A DNA stretch of 64,000 nt from positions 94 to 64,093 of the forward strand of contig CAZSTB010000007.1 in the NCBI GenBank assembly GCA_964609855.1, given 5' to 3'. Both the position numbers and the translations under genes were made by a program. The stretch comes from an uncultured Bdellovibrionales bacterium (lineage in GTDB: Bacteria; Patescibacteriota; Minisyncoccia; Moranbacterales; GWC2-37-73). Below the pieces are notes generated by a model. It did no database searches, had not been told where the DNA came from, and saw only the letters and a program-made list of their open reading frames with translations. Shown in pieces: positions 17,126 through 26,496 of the stretch; the first letter of the stretch is position 1; each line of letters opens with the position of its first letter.

Positions 17126-17881
17126 CTACTTTTTCCTACCTACTAATACAATATTCCTCCCGTCAGGAATTTCACATTTCTCAATTTCAAAGCCAGCTTT
17201 TTCAAAAAGAACTTTCAACTCACCCTTAGTGAATGCGTGATGGAATCGCTCGAATTTCTTGCCATCATTATCCGTAAAAGTAATCAAGCAATCATTCCAA
17301 TCAAGGTTTTTCACTACACTATCGTTTAGTGAACCGGCACTACGAATGCCGGACATGCGAATCAACATTTTAAAAATTTTATTTTTCCAATTTTTCAGGA
17401 TATTTTTTAAATATTTTTTTTGCCAAAGATACCAAACCGTTATCACAACATATCCCCCACTTTTCGTTTTATTATAAAGTTCATTCGCGATACTTGAGCG
17501 ATATTTTTTAGATGGAAAATGATGAAAAACAGCTATGGAATAAACGGTATTGAAAAAAACATCATCAAATGGTAGAGTAGTTTGGATAGGGTCAAGTTTT
17601 GAAAATTCAATATTGACCGCAGAATAGCTTTCAGTCGCCAAATCAATGAGTCCTTGTGACACGTCTGCTCCGTAATATTCAATATCCCTATCACCGATTA
17701 ACTCCAACAGTCGCCCATTACCACATCCGTAGTCAAGAATTTTTCCACCGTCATGGGAATAATCTTTAATAAATTCCAATCCACGCCAAAAATGTTTTCG
17801 TGTCTGCGAAAACTTACCAGATATCAAATCGTATCCAGACTCAGTTTGTGAAAGTATTTTATTTACTGTTTCTTGCTTCAT
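17126..17881 (-). CDS. Class I SAM-dependent methyltransferase
   Basis: 251 aa; motif I 'ILDYGCGNGRL'. Confidence 0.8.
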   Translation of the reverse strand: MKQETVNKILSQTESGYDLISGKFSQTRKHFWRGLEFIKDYSHDGGKILDYGCGNGRLLELIGDRDIEYYGADVSQGLIDLATESYSAVNIEFSKLDPIQTTLPFDDVFFNTVYSIAVFHHFPSKKYRSSIANELYNKTKSGGYVVITVWYLWQKKYLKNILKNWKNKIFKMLIRMSGIRSAGSLNDSVVKNLDWNDCLITFTDNDGKKFERFHHAFTKGELKVLFEKAGFEIEKCEIPDGRNIVLVGRKK

Positions 17882-17895
17882 AATTAAAAATTCCT

Positions 17896-19605
17896 ATGAA
17901 TTCAGCTTACGACAATTATATAATTTCCGCAATTAAAGAGCTTCCTGAAACTCAGGCGGAGTTTTTGCAACTCAAGAAGAAACTTTCAAAGCAGTACGCC
18001 TTACCACTTCCAACCAATACTGATCTACGCGACAGATATAATACTTTAGTGGAAGAAAAAAGGGTTACACCGTCAAAATCTTTTGAAGCAATCCTGCTCA
18101 GTCGTGCCATCCGCACCCAGTCAGGCGTCGCAGTTGTGGCTGTGCTGACCAAGTCATATCCTTGCCCTGGGAAATGCATATATTGTCCAACTGAAAAAGA
18201 CATGCCTAAAAGCTATCTTTCCAATGAACCCGCTGTCATGCGCGCTATAGATTCCCATTTCGATCCATATCTGCAAATGCAAAACCGCTTGCGATCGTTG
18301 GAAATAAACGGTCACAAGACTGACAAGATCGAGCTCATCGTGATGGGAGGAACTTTTTCATTTCTGCCAAAAGCATACCAGAAAAAATTTATTCTCAGAT
18401 GCTTCCAAGCTGCCAATGAATACGGGAGAAAGAAGTCATCAGTCATCGGTAATCAGTCATCGGTAAAAATTTCAGCTGAAGAAAAATTAATAAAAGAACA
18501 GAAGAAAAATGAGAAGACAAAACACAGAATCATTGGTCTCACCCTAGAAACACGTCCGGATTATATCAATGAAGAAGAAATCGTAAGCTTCAGAAATCTC
18601 GGATGCACTAGAGTCGAACTTGGAGTGCAAAGCATCTATGACGATGTGCTTGAACTCAACAAGCGCGGGCACTTGGTCAGCGAAACAGTTCGCGCAACGA
18701 AACTCTTGAAAGATGCAGGTTTCAAAATAAATTTCCACATGATGCCAGGACTGCCGGGTTCAACGCCTGCCCGCGATTTCAAGATGTTCAAGCAGCTTTT
18801 TACCAGTCAAGATTTCCAACCGGACATGCTTAAAATTTATCCAACCGTAGTTCTGAAAGATAGCCTCCTGTACAACATGTGGAAGAAAGGACAATATAAA
18901 CCACTGAGCAATAAGACTTTTGAAAAACTTGTCTTGAAAATCAAAAACGAAACCATCACACCGTACGTCCGAATCGCACGCCTTGTTCGAGATGTGCCAA
19001 CATCTTCAATCATTGCCGGCCCAACCATTTCCAATCTCAGACAAATCATCATTCCACAGTCTAAATGCCCATGTATTCGCTGTCGAGAAGTACGTGAAGG
19101 ATATGAAGTCAAGGAAGAAATTGTTTTGGACCGCATCGATTATTCAGCATCAGATGGAAAAGAAATCTTCCTTCAGTACGTTTCACCTGATAAGAAAAAA
19201 CTTTTTGCCCTTTTGCGTCTGCGCATCCCCTCCTCTTCATGTCATCCTGAACTTGTTTCAGGATCTAGGGAAATACTTATGCCTAGCAAGATGCTGAAAC
19301 AAGTTCAGCATGACAACAATGATAACGGGAATGACAAACTACATAACCAATTGCCTGCACTTAAAAATGCAGCTTTAATCCGCGAAGTCCACACCTACGG
19401 AAAACTTACGCAAATAGACAAACAAAATTCAACTTCTCCGCAACACATCGGTCTTGGAAAAAAACTATTGATTGAAGCTGAAAGAATAGCAAAGAAAGAA
19501 TTCGGACTGAATAAAATTGTAGTAATTTCAGGGGTAGGAGTCAGAGGATATTACAGGAAGTCAGGATATCGCCTGCAGGATACGTACATGGCAAAGAATT
19601 TGTAG
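17896..19605 (+). CDS. Elp3-like radical SAM + GNAT acetyltransferase (tRNA modification), with in-frame palindromic-element insertion between the two domains
   Basis: 569 aa; radical-SAM 'CPGKCIYCP', C-terminal GNAT 'HIGLGKKLLIEAE...'; inserted peptide 'SSCHPELVSGSREILMPSKMLKQVQHDNNDNGNDK'. Confidence 0.8.
   Translation: MNSAYDNYIISAIKELPETQAEFLQLKKKLSKQYALPLPTNTDLRDRYNTLVEEKRVTPSKSFEAILLSRAIRTQSGVAVVAVLTKSYPCPGKCIYCPTEKDMPKSYLSNEPAVMRAIDSHFDPYLQMQNRLRSLEINGHKTDKIELIVMGGTFSFLPKAYQKKFILRCFQAANEYGRKKSSVIGNQSSVKISAEEKLIKEQKKNEKTKHRIIGLTLETRPDYINEEEIVSFRNLGCTRVELGVQSIYDDVLELNKRGHLVSETVRATKLLKDAGFKINFHMMPGLPGSTPARDFKMFKQLFTSQDFQPDMLKIYPTVVLKDSLLYNMWKKGQYKPLSNKTFEKLVLKIKNETITPYVRIARLVRDVPTSSIIAGPTISNLRQIIIPQSKCPCIRCREVREGYEVKEEIVLDRIDYSASDGKEIFLQYVSPDKKKLFALLRLRIPSSSCHPELVSGSREILMPSKMLKQVQHDNNDNGNDKLHNQLPALKNAALIREVHTYGKLTQIDKQNSTSPQHIGLGKKLLIEAERIAKKEFGLNKIVVISGVGVRGYYRKSGYRLQDTYMAKNL
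19240..19336 (+). repeat. Palindromic repeat element copy D (composite, in-frame in Elp3-like gene)
   Basis: tgtcatcctgaacttgtttcaggatctaggg...gctgaaacaagttcagcatgaca...cgggaatgaca. Confidence 0.6.
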
Positions 19606-19717
19606 CTTTGCGAAACTTAATACACTTACAAATTTTGAATTTTGAATTTTTAATTTTGAATCAATTTTCAATGATTAAATTTCTAATTTTAAAACAATAA
19701 TTTTAAAATACAACTCT

Positions 19718-20110
19718 ATGCAAAAAATAATCATCGCTTCCGGACCAGTTATCGTGAAAAATGAAAAAGTTCTTCTCGATATTCAAGGCGAAGATAATTT
19801 CTGGAAATTTTGCGGAGGAAAAGTCAAAGAAAATGAAACTCTGAAACAAACCGCGATTCGACGAGCCAAAGAAGAGTTAGGAATAGATATTCAAATTAAA
19901 AATACAACGCCATTTCTACTACATGTCACCAAAGAAAAGGATGGGGATAATTCAGATGTAATACTAGTTCATTTCTTGTCTGATTTTTCTGGAGAGATAA
20001 CTCCGAGCGAGGAAATAAGAAAATGGCAATGGCATGATATCAGCAATCTTCCTGATAATATCGCTCCCAATATTTTGCCGACTTTAAAACATTTTGGCTT
20101 CATTAAATGA
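19718..20110 (+). CDS. Nudix hydrolase
   Basis: 130 aa; Nudix box 'GGKVKENETLKQTAIRRAKEELGI'. Confidence 0.75.
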   Translation: MQKIIIASGPVIVKNEKVLLDIQGEDNFWKFCGGKVKENETLKQTAIRRAKEELGIDIQIKNTTPFLLHVTKEKDGDNSDVILVHFLSDFSGEITPSEEIRKWQWHDISNLPDNIAPNILPTLKHFGFIK

Positions 20111-20121
20111 TTTTTTGAGTT

Positions 20122-20520
20122 ATGCAAAAAATTATAAATGCCTCAGGTCCAGTCATAGTTGAAAATAATAAGGTTCTGCTTAACCAACATGGTGATACTT
20201 ATTTTTGGAAATTTTGCGGTGGCAAGGTTGAAGACTATGAATTAAATTTGATCCAAACAGCTAGGCGCGAAGCCAAAGAAGAAATGGGTATCGAAATTGA
20301 AATTTTGGATAATATTCCTTATTTTTTTCACACAAGCAAAGAGACTGAAGATGGCGTAGTTGATATTGTTCTTACACATTTTCTCGCAAAACGCATAGGC
20401 AAAATTAATCCAAACAAACTTATCAGAAAATGGGAATGGATTCCTCTGAAAGAATTAAGTAATGAAGATCTAGCGCCGAACATAATTCCAACTCTTAAAC
20501 ATTTCGGATTCATAAAATAA
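20122..20520 (+). CDS. Nudix hydrolase (tandem paralog)
   Basis: 132 aa; same architecture and C-terminal 'PTLKHFGFIK' as upstream gene. Confidence 0.75.
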   Translation: MQKIINASGPVIVENNKVLLNQHGDTYFWKFCGGKVEDYELNLIQTARREAKEEMGIEIEILDNIPYFFHTSKETEDGVVDIVLTHFLAKRIGKINPNKLIRKWEWIPLKELSNEDLAPNIIPTLKHFGFIK

Positions 20521-20584
20521 AACATCTTCAAAACGATTCGCACACTACCATATGAAGTAGTATGGTAGTGAAGAGAATACAAAA

Positions 20585-20608
20585 AATTACGTAATTAATT
20601 ACGTAATT
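20585..20608. repeat. Perfect 24-bp palindrome AATTACGTAATTAATTACGTAATT
   Basis: Self-complementary; second copy at 52967-52994. Confidence 0.5.
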
Positions 20609-20668
20609 TTTATTTTTTAATATATATTTTTCACATTTGTTTTAAATTTCGGAATAGAGTGCCATTAC

Positions 20669-21808
20669 TCAGGAAGCATCTCCCGCCAGTTGTCCGCAGG
20701 CGGCTTTGATTTCTTCGCCGAGACTCTTTCTAATTGTCGCACTGATGCGATATTTCTCCAATTCCATTTTGAAATTTTGCGTGCGCGTCTTGGATGATGG
20801 AACAAGCTGTTCGCTTGTAGTGTTGTAGCGGATCAAGTTTACATGCAGAAGTTGTGTGTGCCCTATGGAACCTATGAATTCTGAAAGTTTTCTAGCATCT
20901 AGTGCAGTATCATTCACCCCATCAAGCATAATGTATTCCAAAAAAACTTTTCTTTTTGTTACCTGAAAATATTCCTGCAAAGCTTTCCTGAGAGATTCCA
21001 AATTGTCTTTCTTGTTGACGGGCATGTAATGTGAACGTTTTTCGTCGCTGGCAAAATGAAGAGAGATGGCCAAATTAACTTGCGGAAATTCATTAGCCAT
21101 CTTTTCTATGCCGCTCACAATTCCAGAAGTTGAAACAGAAAGACTACGAGAACCAAAGCCGTACAGTTTTTCATCCGTCAAATTCCTGATACTTTCGGAA
21201 ACTTCCGGCCAATTATTAAATGGCTCCCCCATGCCCATATACACGATGTTTTTAACATCGCAATTTTCAATTTCTAATTTACAATTTTCAATGTCATGGA
21301 AGTTCTTTTTTAAATATTGTTTCCAGAATAAAACCTGATCAGCAATTTCCTCAGCAGTAAGGTTTCTTTTGAACCCCATTTTTCCAGTGGCACAAAATCT
21401 GCAACCCATTGCGCAGCCAACCTGACATGAAATGCAAGCCGACCATATTCCCGGTTTAGGTGAAATCAAAACCGTTTCAATAAGATCACCCTCATTGTCA
21501 TTCCGGACTTGATCCGGAATCTGTGATTGAGCGGTAACTTTAGATCCTGAAACAAGTTCAGGATGACATGTTCTTAATCGCAACAATGCCTTGATGGATT
21601 GCCCGTCAGCGGCAACTAAAACTTTCTCCACCTCAAAAGAAAGTAATTTCAATTCTTTTTCCATTTTCTCCCGCAAATCCTTGGAAAGGGTTGTAATATC
21701 AGAAAATGACGAAACACTATCCTGAAAAATAGCTTTCTGGATCTGCCCCAGGCGAAATTTTGGCAAATTATTGTCCTGTAAAAATTGTTCGAGTTTTAAA
21801 ATATTCAT
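20669..21808 (-). CDS. rlmN: 23S rRNA (A2503-C2)/tRNA methyltransferase RlmN (radical SAM), with in-frame palindromic-element insertion
   Basis: 379 aa; 'CISCQVGCAMGCRFCATG' and C-terminal 'AACGQL'; inserted peptide 'RTCHPELVSGSKVTAQSQIPDQVRNDNEGD'. Confidence 0.88.
   Translation of the reverse strand: MNILKLEQFLQDNNLPKFRLGQIQKAIFQDSVSSFSDITTLSKDLREKMEKELKLLSFEVEKVLVAADGQSIKALLRLRTCHPELVSGSKVTAQSQIPDQVRNDNEGDLIETVLISPKPGIWSACISCQVGCAMGCRFCATGKMGFKRNLTAEEIADQVLFWKQYLKKNFHDIENCKLEIENCDVKNIVYMGMGEPFNNWPEVSESIRNLTDEKLYGFGSRSLSVSTSGIVSGIEKMANEFPQVNLAISLHFASDEKRSHYMPVNKKDNLESLRKALQEYFQVTKRKVFLEYIMLDGVNDTALDARKLSEFIGSIGHTQLLHVNLIRYNTTSEQLVPSSKTRTQNFKMELEKYRISATIRKSLGEEIKAACGQLAGDAS
21495..21567 (-). 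repeat. Palindromic repeat element copy E (in-frame in rlmN, same orientation relative to gene as in miaA/Elp3)
   Basis: RC reads tgtcatcctgaacttgtttcaggatctaaagttaccgctcaatcacagattccggatcaagtccggaatgacaa. Confidence 0.6.
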
Positions 21809-21875
21809 AAAGAAATACTAGCTCATATACTACTTTGTATCAAGCTCGCAAATCAGATGACAACCGCTTGACTTT

Positions 21876-21904
21876 TAACCGAAAAAGGTGTATAATGGAT
21901 AATC
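21876..21904 (+). promoter_or_regulatory. Consensus sigma70-like promoter TTGACT-17-TATAAT
   Basis: ttgact tttaaccgaaaaaggtg tataat; lies inside the 5' part of the annotated ORF 21835-22533, so the real start is probably ATG 21961. Confidence 0.5.
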
Positions 21905-21960
21905 GTGGTTCATTTACATTATCATATCAAAAAAGCGCTCAACAGAGCCAAGGGGCAACA

Positions 21961-22533
21961 ATGAAATCCACAAAGAAAGCTATTAGAAGCTTCGTTTTAC
22001 TGTTCATCGCTATAAATTTTCTCACACTGACGCTTGCAGTAAATTCTCCAATGGAGCTCGCTATAGGACTCTCTTACACCTGGGGAGAGATACTTACTGG
22101 ACTACCAGTGCCACCCCAGGCGGAAATTAATTTCCCTGTTCTGGCGTGGCTACACAGCATGATTCCCTTTGCTTGCGGCTACATAATGTATAAGCTGATC
22201 AGCGAAAGAACGACGGGTATTCCCGCATATCTCAAATATATAACACTTTTCGTTATTTGCGGATTATTTACCCATGTTATCACTGATATATTAGGAAAGG
22301 GAAACAATACTCTTCACTTAATAACTTGGCAACTGATAGGCTTTGTCTATTCGGTCTCGGCACACTTAATAATGAAATCCGTAAGGAAATCATTCGCACT
22401 GGATTTCATAGCTAAGTTTCCCAAGGAAATACAAGACAGCATGCTTAAGAGCCTCAAGGATACAGAAGGAAATTCAAAAGAAGGACCAGGGGGAGAAGAC
22501 AAAACAAAGGCTATGGAAAAAAATATTCAGTAG
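21961..22533 (+). CDS. Hypothetical integral membrane protein (several TM helices)
   Basis: Start MKSTKKAIRSFVLLFIAINFL; ORF extends upstream to 21835 but a promoter sits there. Confidence 0.5.
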   Translation: MKSTKKAIRSFVLLFIAINFLTLTLAVNSPMELAIGLSYTWGEILTGLPVPPQAEINFPVLAWLHSMIPFACGYIMYKLISERTTGIPAYLKYITLFVICGLFTHVITDILGKGNNTLHLITWQLIGFVYSVSAHLIMKSVRKSFALDFIAKFPKEIQDSMLKSLKDTEGNSKEGPGGEDKTKAMEKNIQ

Positions 22534-22625
22534 CACATCCATAGGATGCCAGTCTCAGCGAAATCGCTGCGACTGCATCCTGTTTTTTTATACAAAAAAA
22601 CCGAACCTATTTCCGATTTTAAAAT

Positions 22626-23273
22626 TTATAATTCAGAAATGATTTTTTCAGCCTCTTGCAGTTCGGAAATTTCATAATCACAATCTTTGTTTTTCTTATC
22701 GCAATATCTTCCCTCTTTGCGGCTCAGAAAAAATGTGATGGAATCTGGAAAAGCTTTCTTAATGTCACCTATTTGCTCAATGCGGTCATCGATAAAGATT
22801 ATTTGCTCAGCGCTGTCGATTTTCATTTGCGCCATAACGCCACGTATAGCCTCCGCTTTTGAGCTTCTAGTCACCACACAACCATTAACGAGTTTGTGAA
22901 CGCCAGAGGCTGTAATTTTTTTATTTTGAAAAATTGGAAGTCCGAAAGAAATCAAATAAGTATTTTTCCTGCCTACAAATTTTAGAAACTTTTCCACGTC
23001 TGGGAAAACAAACGGCGAAAGGTCAACGAGATGATTTGAAAAACGTGTGCGTACCTCTTTCATGCTAAGTGATTCATGCTGCTCAATGCGATCAAGCATT
23101 GCCCATGGATCAAATAATTTATATTTTTCATTGCAATTAGATGCGTAGTAATATTTATCAATCAACTCTTCATGAACACCATTAAGTTGAAAAAATTTTC
23201 GCATTTCAGCTCCGAATTCTTTCGTATTGAAAATGACGTCATCAAAATCTATAAATATCTTCATACTAAACAA
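22626..23273 (-). CDS. HAD-superfamily hydrolase-like protein (possible nucleotidase)
   Basis: 215 aa; N-terminal 'KIFIDFDDVIFNT' DxDx(T/V) motif I, 'IFIDD' motif IV. Confidence 0.5.
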   Translation of the reverse strand: MFSMKIFIDFDDVIFNTKEFGAEMRKFFQLNGVHEELIDKYYYASNCNEKYKLFDPWAMLDRIEQHESLSMKEVRTRFSNHLVDLSPFVFPDVEKFLKFVGRKNTYLISFGLPIFQNKKITASGVHKLVNGCVVTRSSKAEAIRGVMAQMKIDSAEQIIFIDDRIEQIGDIKKAFPDSITFFLSRKEGRYCDKKNKDCDYEISELQEAEKIISEL

Positions 23274-23814
23274 TAAGATTGAAAATTCTCAAAAATTCCG
23301 GAGCAATTATTAATGTCAAAAATCCATAAATAAAACCTAAAATAATCCCAGCTAAAACATCTGTCGGATAATGCATACCATTATACAGACGAGATAGACT
23401 TAAGAGAATGGCAAAAACCACCAATGCCGGCCAAGCTGAAGGAAAAGCCGCATAAACTACAATTAGCCCGCCGATAACACTGGAAACATGACTCGATGGA
23501 AATGACGAATCTGAAAAATTTTTACCAATCATCCTTATCTCCTCAGGAAAAGCAATATATGGTCTCGTTCTGATCAGAGAAAATCTTTTTGCTCCATGCT
23601 TTATAATGCACTCACTTATGACGTAATGGATAATAAAGACAATTACGATTTCAATAAATAAACGAATGCCACTTTGCAGGTCGATTATTAAAGCCAAGAT
23701 TATCACCAAAATCCAGAGACTGGAAAGAAAAGCTATCTTACTTATCAACAAGCTTAAACTATCCAAGAATTTCCAGCGATATTTGTTTAAAAATTTTACA
23801 ATGCCTTTTTCCAT
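23266..23814 (-). CDS. PAP2-family membrane phosphatase
   Basis: 182 aa; 'PSSH' and 'SRLYNGMHYPTDV' PAP2 motifs, multiple TM helices. Confidence 0.8.
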   Translation of the reverse strand: MEKGIVKFLNKYRWKFLDSLSLLISKIAFLSSLWILVIILALIIDLQSGIRLFIEIVIVFIIHYVISECIIKHGAKRFSLIRTRPYIAFPEEIRMIGKNFSDSSFPSSHVSSVIGGLIVVYAAFPSAWPALVVFAILLSLSRLYNGMHYPTDVLAGIILGFIYGFLTLIIAPEFLRIFNLIV

Positions 23815-23832
23815 TTTAAATATTTTAATGCA

Positions 23833-25335
23833 TTAAATAAAAACAACAATTAGCATGCTAATAGCGGCTAAGGTTGTCGCGACTACCGCAGACCAGCCAA
23901 ATACCCTAACCCAAACAGGATTCGTCTCTTTGCCCATGATTTTCTTATTGTCACCTATTTTCATAATTATTGCCAGTAAGGGCAAAGCAATGATTCCATT
24001 CAAGAATGCCGACCAATAGAGAGCTGCGATCGGATTAATGTTGAAAAAATTCAGCGCCAAACCGACAAAAATTGAAATTATAATTACCAAATAAAATCCG
24101 CGCGCTTTAGAAAATTTCTTCTCCAGACCATTATTCCAACTCATCAGTTCAGAAAGTGCATAGGCCCCACTTCCTGCCAAAATCGGGACAGCTAAAAAAC
24201 CTGTACCAATAATACCCAAGGCGAAGAGGAAGAATGCTCCATCTCCTGCAAGTGGCCTAAGCGCTAAAGCCGCATCTTCAGCAGAATCTATACTTGTTAT
24301 CCCATTGGCAAATAAGGTATTAGCAGTCGTGAGTACGATAAAAAAGAAAACGACATTAGCTAGCAACATTCCGACATTTACATCTGTTCGCATTTTTGAA
24401 ACTCGAGAATGATTTGCTCCTTTATTATGCAGTGCGTGGTTCATTTTTCCATCCTCCACTTCTTCAGATGCCTGCCAAAAAAACAAGTACGGCGTTATGG
24501 TTGTTCCAAAAACCGCAATCATAGCGAAAATATATTCTTTCGAAAAAGTAATGCTAGGAATAAAAGAGCTTTTAAGCACTGCGATCCAATCCGGATTTGA
24601 CGCAAAACCCGCAATAATATATGCAAAAACGGAAACAGTGAGCCATTTTAAAACTTTGACATAAACATGATATTTCACAAATACTTCCAATAAAATTATC
24701 ACAACAGCAAAAAGGACAGCGCCATAATAATAATTGAAACCGGTTACCATGCTCAATGAAGCTGCCATTGCCCCAAGGTCTGCCCCGATATTTACCACAT
24801 TAGCAATAATCAGCATCGATACGGCAGCTAAGACAGTGCTTTTCTTGTAATGCTGCTTCAAAACAGCTCCTAAGCCTTTATTGGTAACGATTCCGATGCG
24901 GGCGCATGTTTCTTGAATTGCCAGCATCATCGGAAGTAGCCAAGCAGCCATCCAAAGAATCGACATTCCAAATTTTGCACCCACTGCTGAGTAAGTTCCA
25001 ATTCCACCCGGATCATCATCGGATGCTCCCGTGATTAGTCCTGGTCCAAGTGCGCGCACAAAAAGATAAACTTTATTTAATGGTGAACCAATGAAGCGCT
25101 TTGCCACAGTCAGTTCAGAAGCAGCAATTCTAAGCGTACCATCTAGTGCCTTAACTGCTTCAATTTCTCCCCAGATAATCAATTTCTTTGCCAAAACCAA
25201 TGGAATTCCCAGTTCCCTTCGAAACTCCGATAGAGTAAGCATTTTATGATTATCAATATCAACACCCTGGGATTGATCAGTTACTTCTATTTTATTCTCT
25301 AAATCTTTCATACAAAAATGCACGCAGACAAACAT
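23833..25335 (-). CDS. mntH: NRAMP-family divalent metal (Mn2+/Fe2+) transporter
   Basis: 500 aa; 'GPGLITGASDDDPGGIGTYS' NRAMP motif, ~11 TM. Confidence 0.88.
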   Translation of the reverse strand: MFVCVHFCMKDLENKIEVTDQSQGVDIDNHKMLTLSEFRRELGIPLVLAKKLIIWGEIEAVKALDGTLRIAASELTVAKRFIGSPLNKVYLFVRALGPGLITGASDDDPGGIGTYSAVGAKFGMSILWMAAWLLPMMLAIQETCARIGIVTNKGLGAVLKQHYKKSTVLAAVSMLIIANVVNIGADLGAMAASLSMVTGFNYYYGAVLFAVVIILLEVFVKYHVYVKVLKWLTVSVFAYIIAGFASNPDWIAVLKSSFIPSITFSKEYIFAMIAVFGTTITPYLFFWQASEEVEDGKMNHALHNKGANHSRVSKMRTDVNVGMLLANVVFFFIVLTTANTLFANGITSIDSAEDAALALRPLAGDGAFFLFALGIIGTGFLAVPILAGSGAYALSELMSWNNGLEKKFSKARGFYLVIIISIFVGLALNFFNINPIAALYWSAFLNGIIALPLLAIIMKIGDNKKIMGKETNPVWVRVFGWSAVVATTLAAISMLIVVFI

Positions 25336-25394
25336 GCAAACATAGCAACAATATTTTGTTTAAATGTTTGAATGTTTAAATGTTTAAAAGTAAA

Positions 25395-26420
25395 CTAAAT
25401 GATTTCCTTTATTATATTCTCATATTCACCTAATTCCAAAATCATCATCAAAACTTTAGCCAATTTGTCACTGTCATGACGGATGAAAGTTCTCAAGTGA
25501 GCAATCTTGTCCGTCTTGCTGTGTCCGTGTTTTTTCATACTTAAGATATCAGCTCTGACAACTTTATATTTTCGCTCTTTCTTATCAGCATCAAAATGCA
25601 CCATCAATTCTTTTTGTTTTTCATATTTTTCCAACACATTTTCAGTTGGTTTTTTCGTATTGAAGGTTACAAAATCAACGCCATCCTTGCCGATGAATTT
25701 ATTTATCTCCTCAATGTATCTATCCAAATCAAAATCGTCGGTTTGCCCAGGCTTATTTGTCAGATTGCAGTTATATACAACTTTGGCTTTTGTTCTTCTG
25801 AGAGCATCAGCAATTTCTTTTATCATCAGATTCGGGATGATGCTGCAATAATGATTTCCTGGACCTATCACAACCATATCCGCTTCCAGGATTTTTTTAA
25901 CAGCTTCAGGATTAGCTTTGACTAATGGCTTGTAATATATTTTTTTTATGCCATGCTTCTTAATTTCAGTGCTAGCTAGGATTTCAATCTCGCCCTTCAA
26001 TGTTTTCCCATTCCCAAGATCCATGAAAAGTCTTGCATCTTGATTGGTTACGGGTATCACCTGACCTTTGATGCTCAATATTTTCTCCGCCTCCCTCACT
26101 CCTTGCTGAAAACTTCCGGTCGTTTTTTCCAAAGCTGAAAGAAAAAGGTTTCCGAAACTGTGACCTTTCAAGCCACCATCTTCAAACCTGTAGTTCATGA
26201 GCTTGCGAAGCATTTCCGATGAATCACTTAGCGCCACCAAGCATTGACGCACATCTCCAGGCGGAAGAACACCAAGTTCATCCCTCAGCACGCCTGTGGA
26301 TCCACCATCATCAGCCATGGAAACAATCGCCGAAATATCTGCACCGTATTTCTTAAGTCCAGATAAAAGAGTGAAACTTCCAGTCCCTCCACCAATTGTG
26401 ACGATTTTCTTACGTATCAT
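25395..26420 (-). CDS. YvcK/CofD-family (UPF0052) gluconeogenesis-factor-like protein
   Basis: 341 aa; 'IVTIGGGTGSFTLLSGLKKY...IVSMADDGGSTG'. Confidence 0.85.
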   Translation of the reverse strand: MIRKKIVTIGGGTGSFTLLSGLKKYGADISAIVSMADDGGSTGVLRDELGVLPPGDVRQCLVALSDSSEMLRKLMNYRFEDGGLKGHSFGNLFLSALEKTTGSFQQGVREAEKILSIKGQVIPVTNQDARLFMDLGNGKTLKGEIEILASTEIKKHGIKKIYYKPLVKANPEAVKKILEADMVVIGPGNHYCSIIPNLMIKEIADALRRTKAKVVYNCNLTNKPGQTDDFDLDRYIEEINKFIGKDGVDFVTFNTKKPTENVLEKYEKQKELMVHFDADKKERKYKVVRADILSMKKHGHSKTDKIAHLRTFIRHDSDKLAKVLMMILELGEYENIIKEII

Positions 26421-26496
26421 TCAATCATTCAAACACTCAAGCATGGGGTGTAAAATCCGCCTGTTTTCATGTTTAAGTGTTTATATGTTTAGATGC

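Noticed and set aside
19240-19336. Elp3, MiaA and RlmN inserts as inteins
   Set aside because: Inserts are only ~20-35 aa, lack intein splicing motifs (no C/S...HN-C/S/T junctions), and correspond exactly to the DNA palindromic element.
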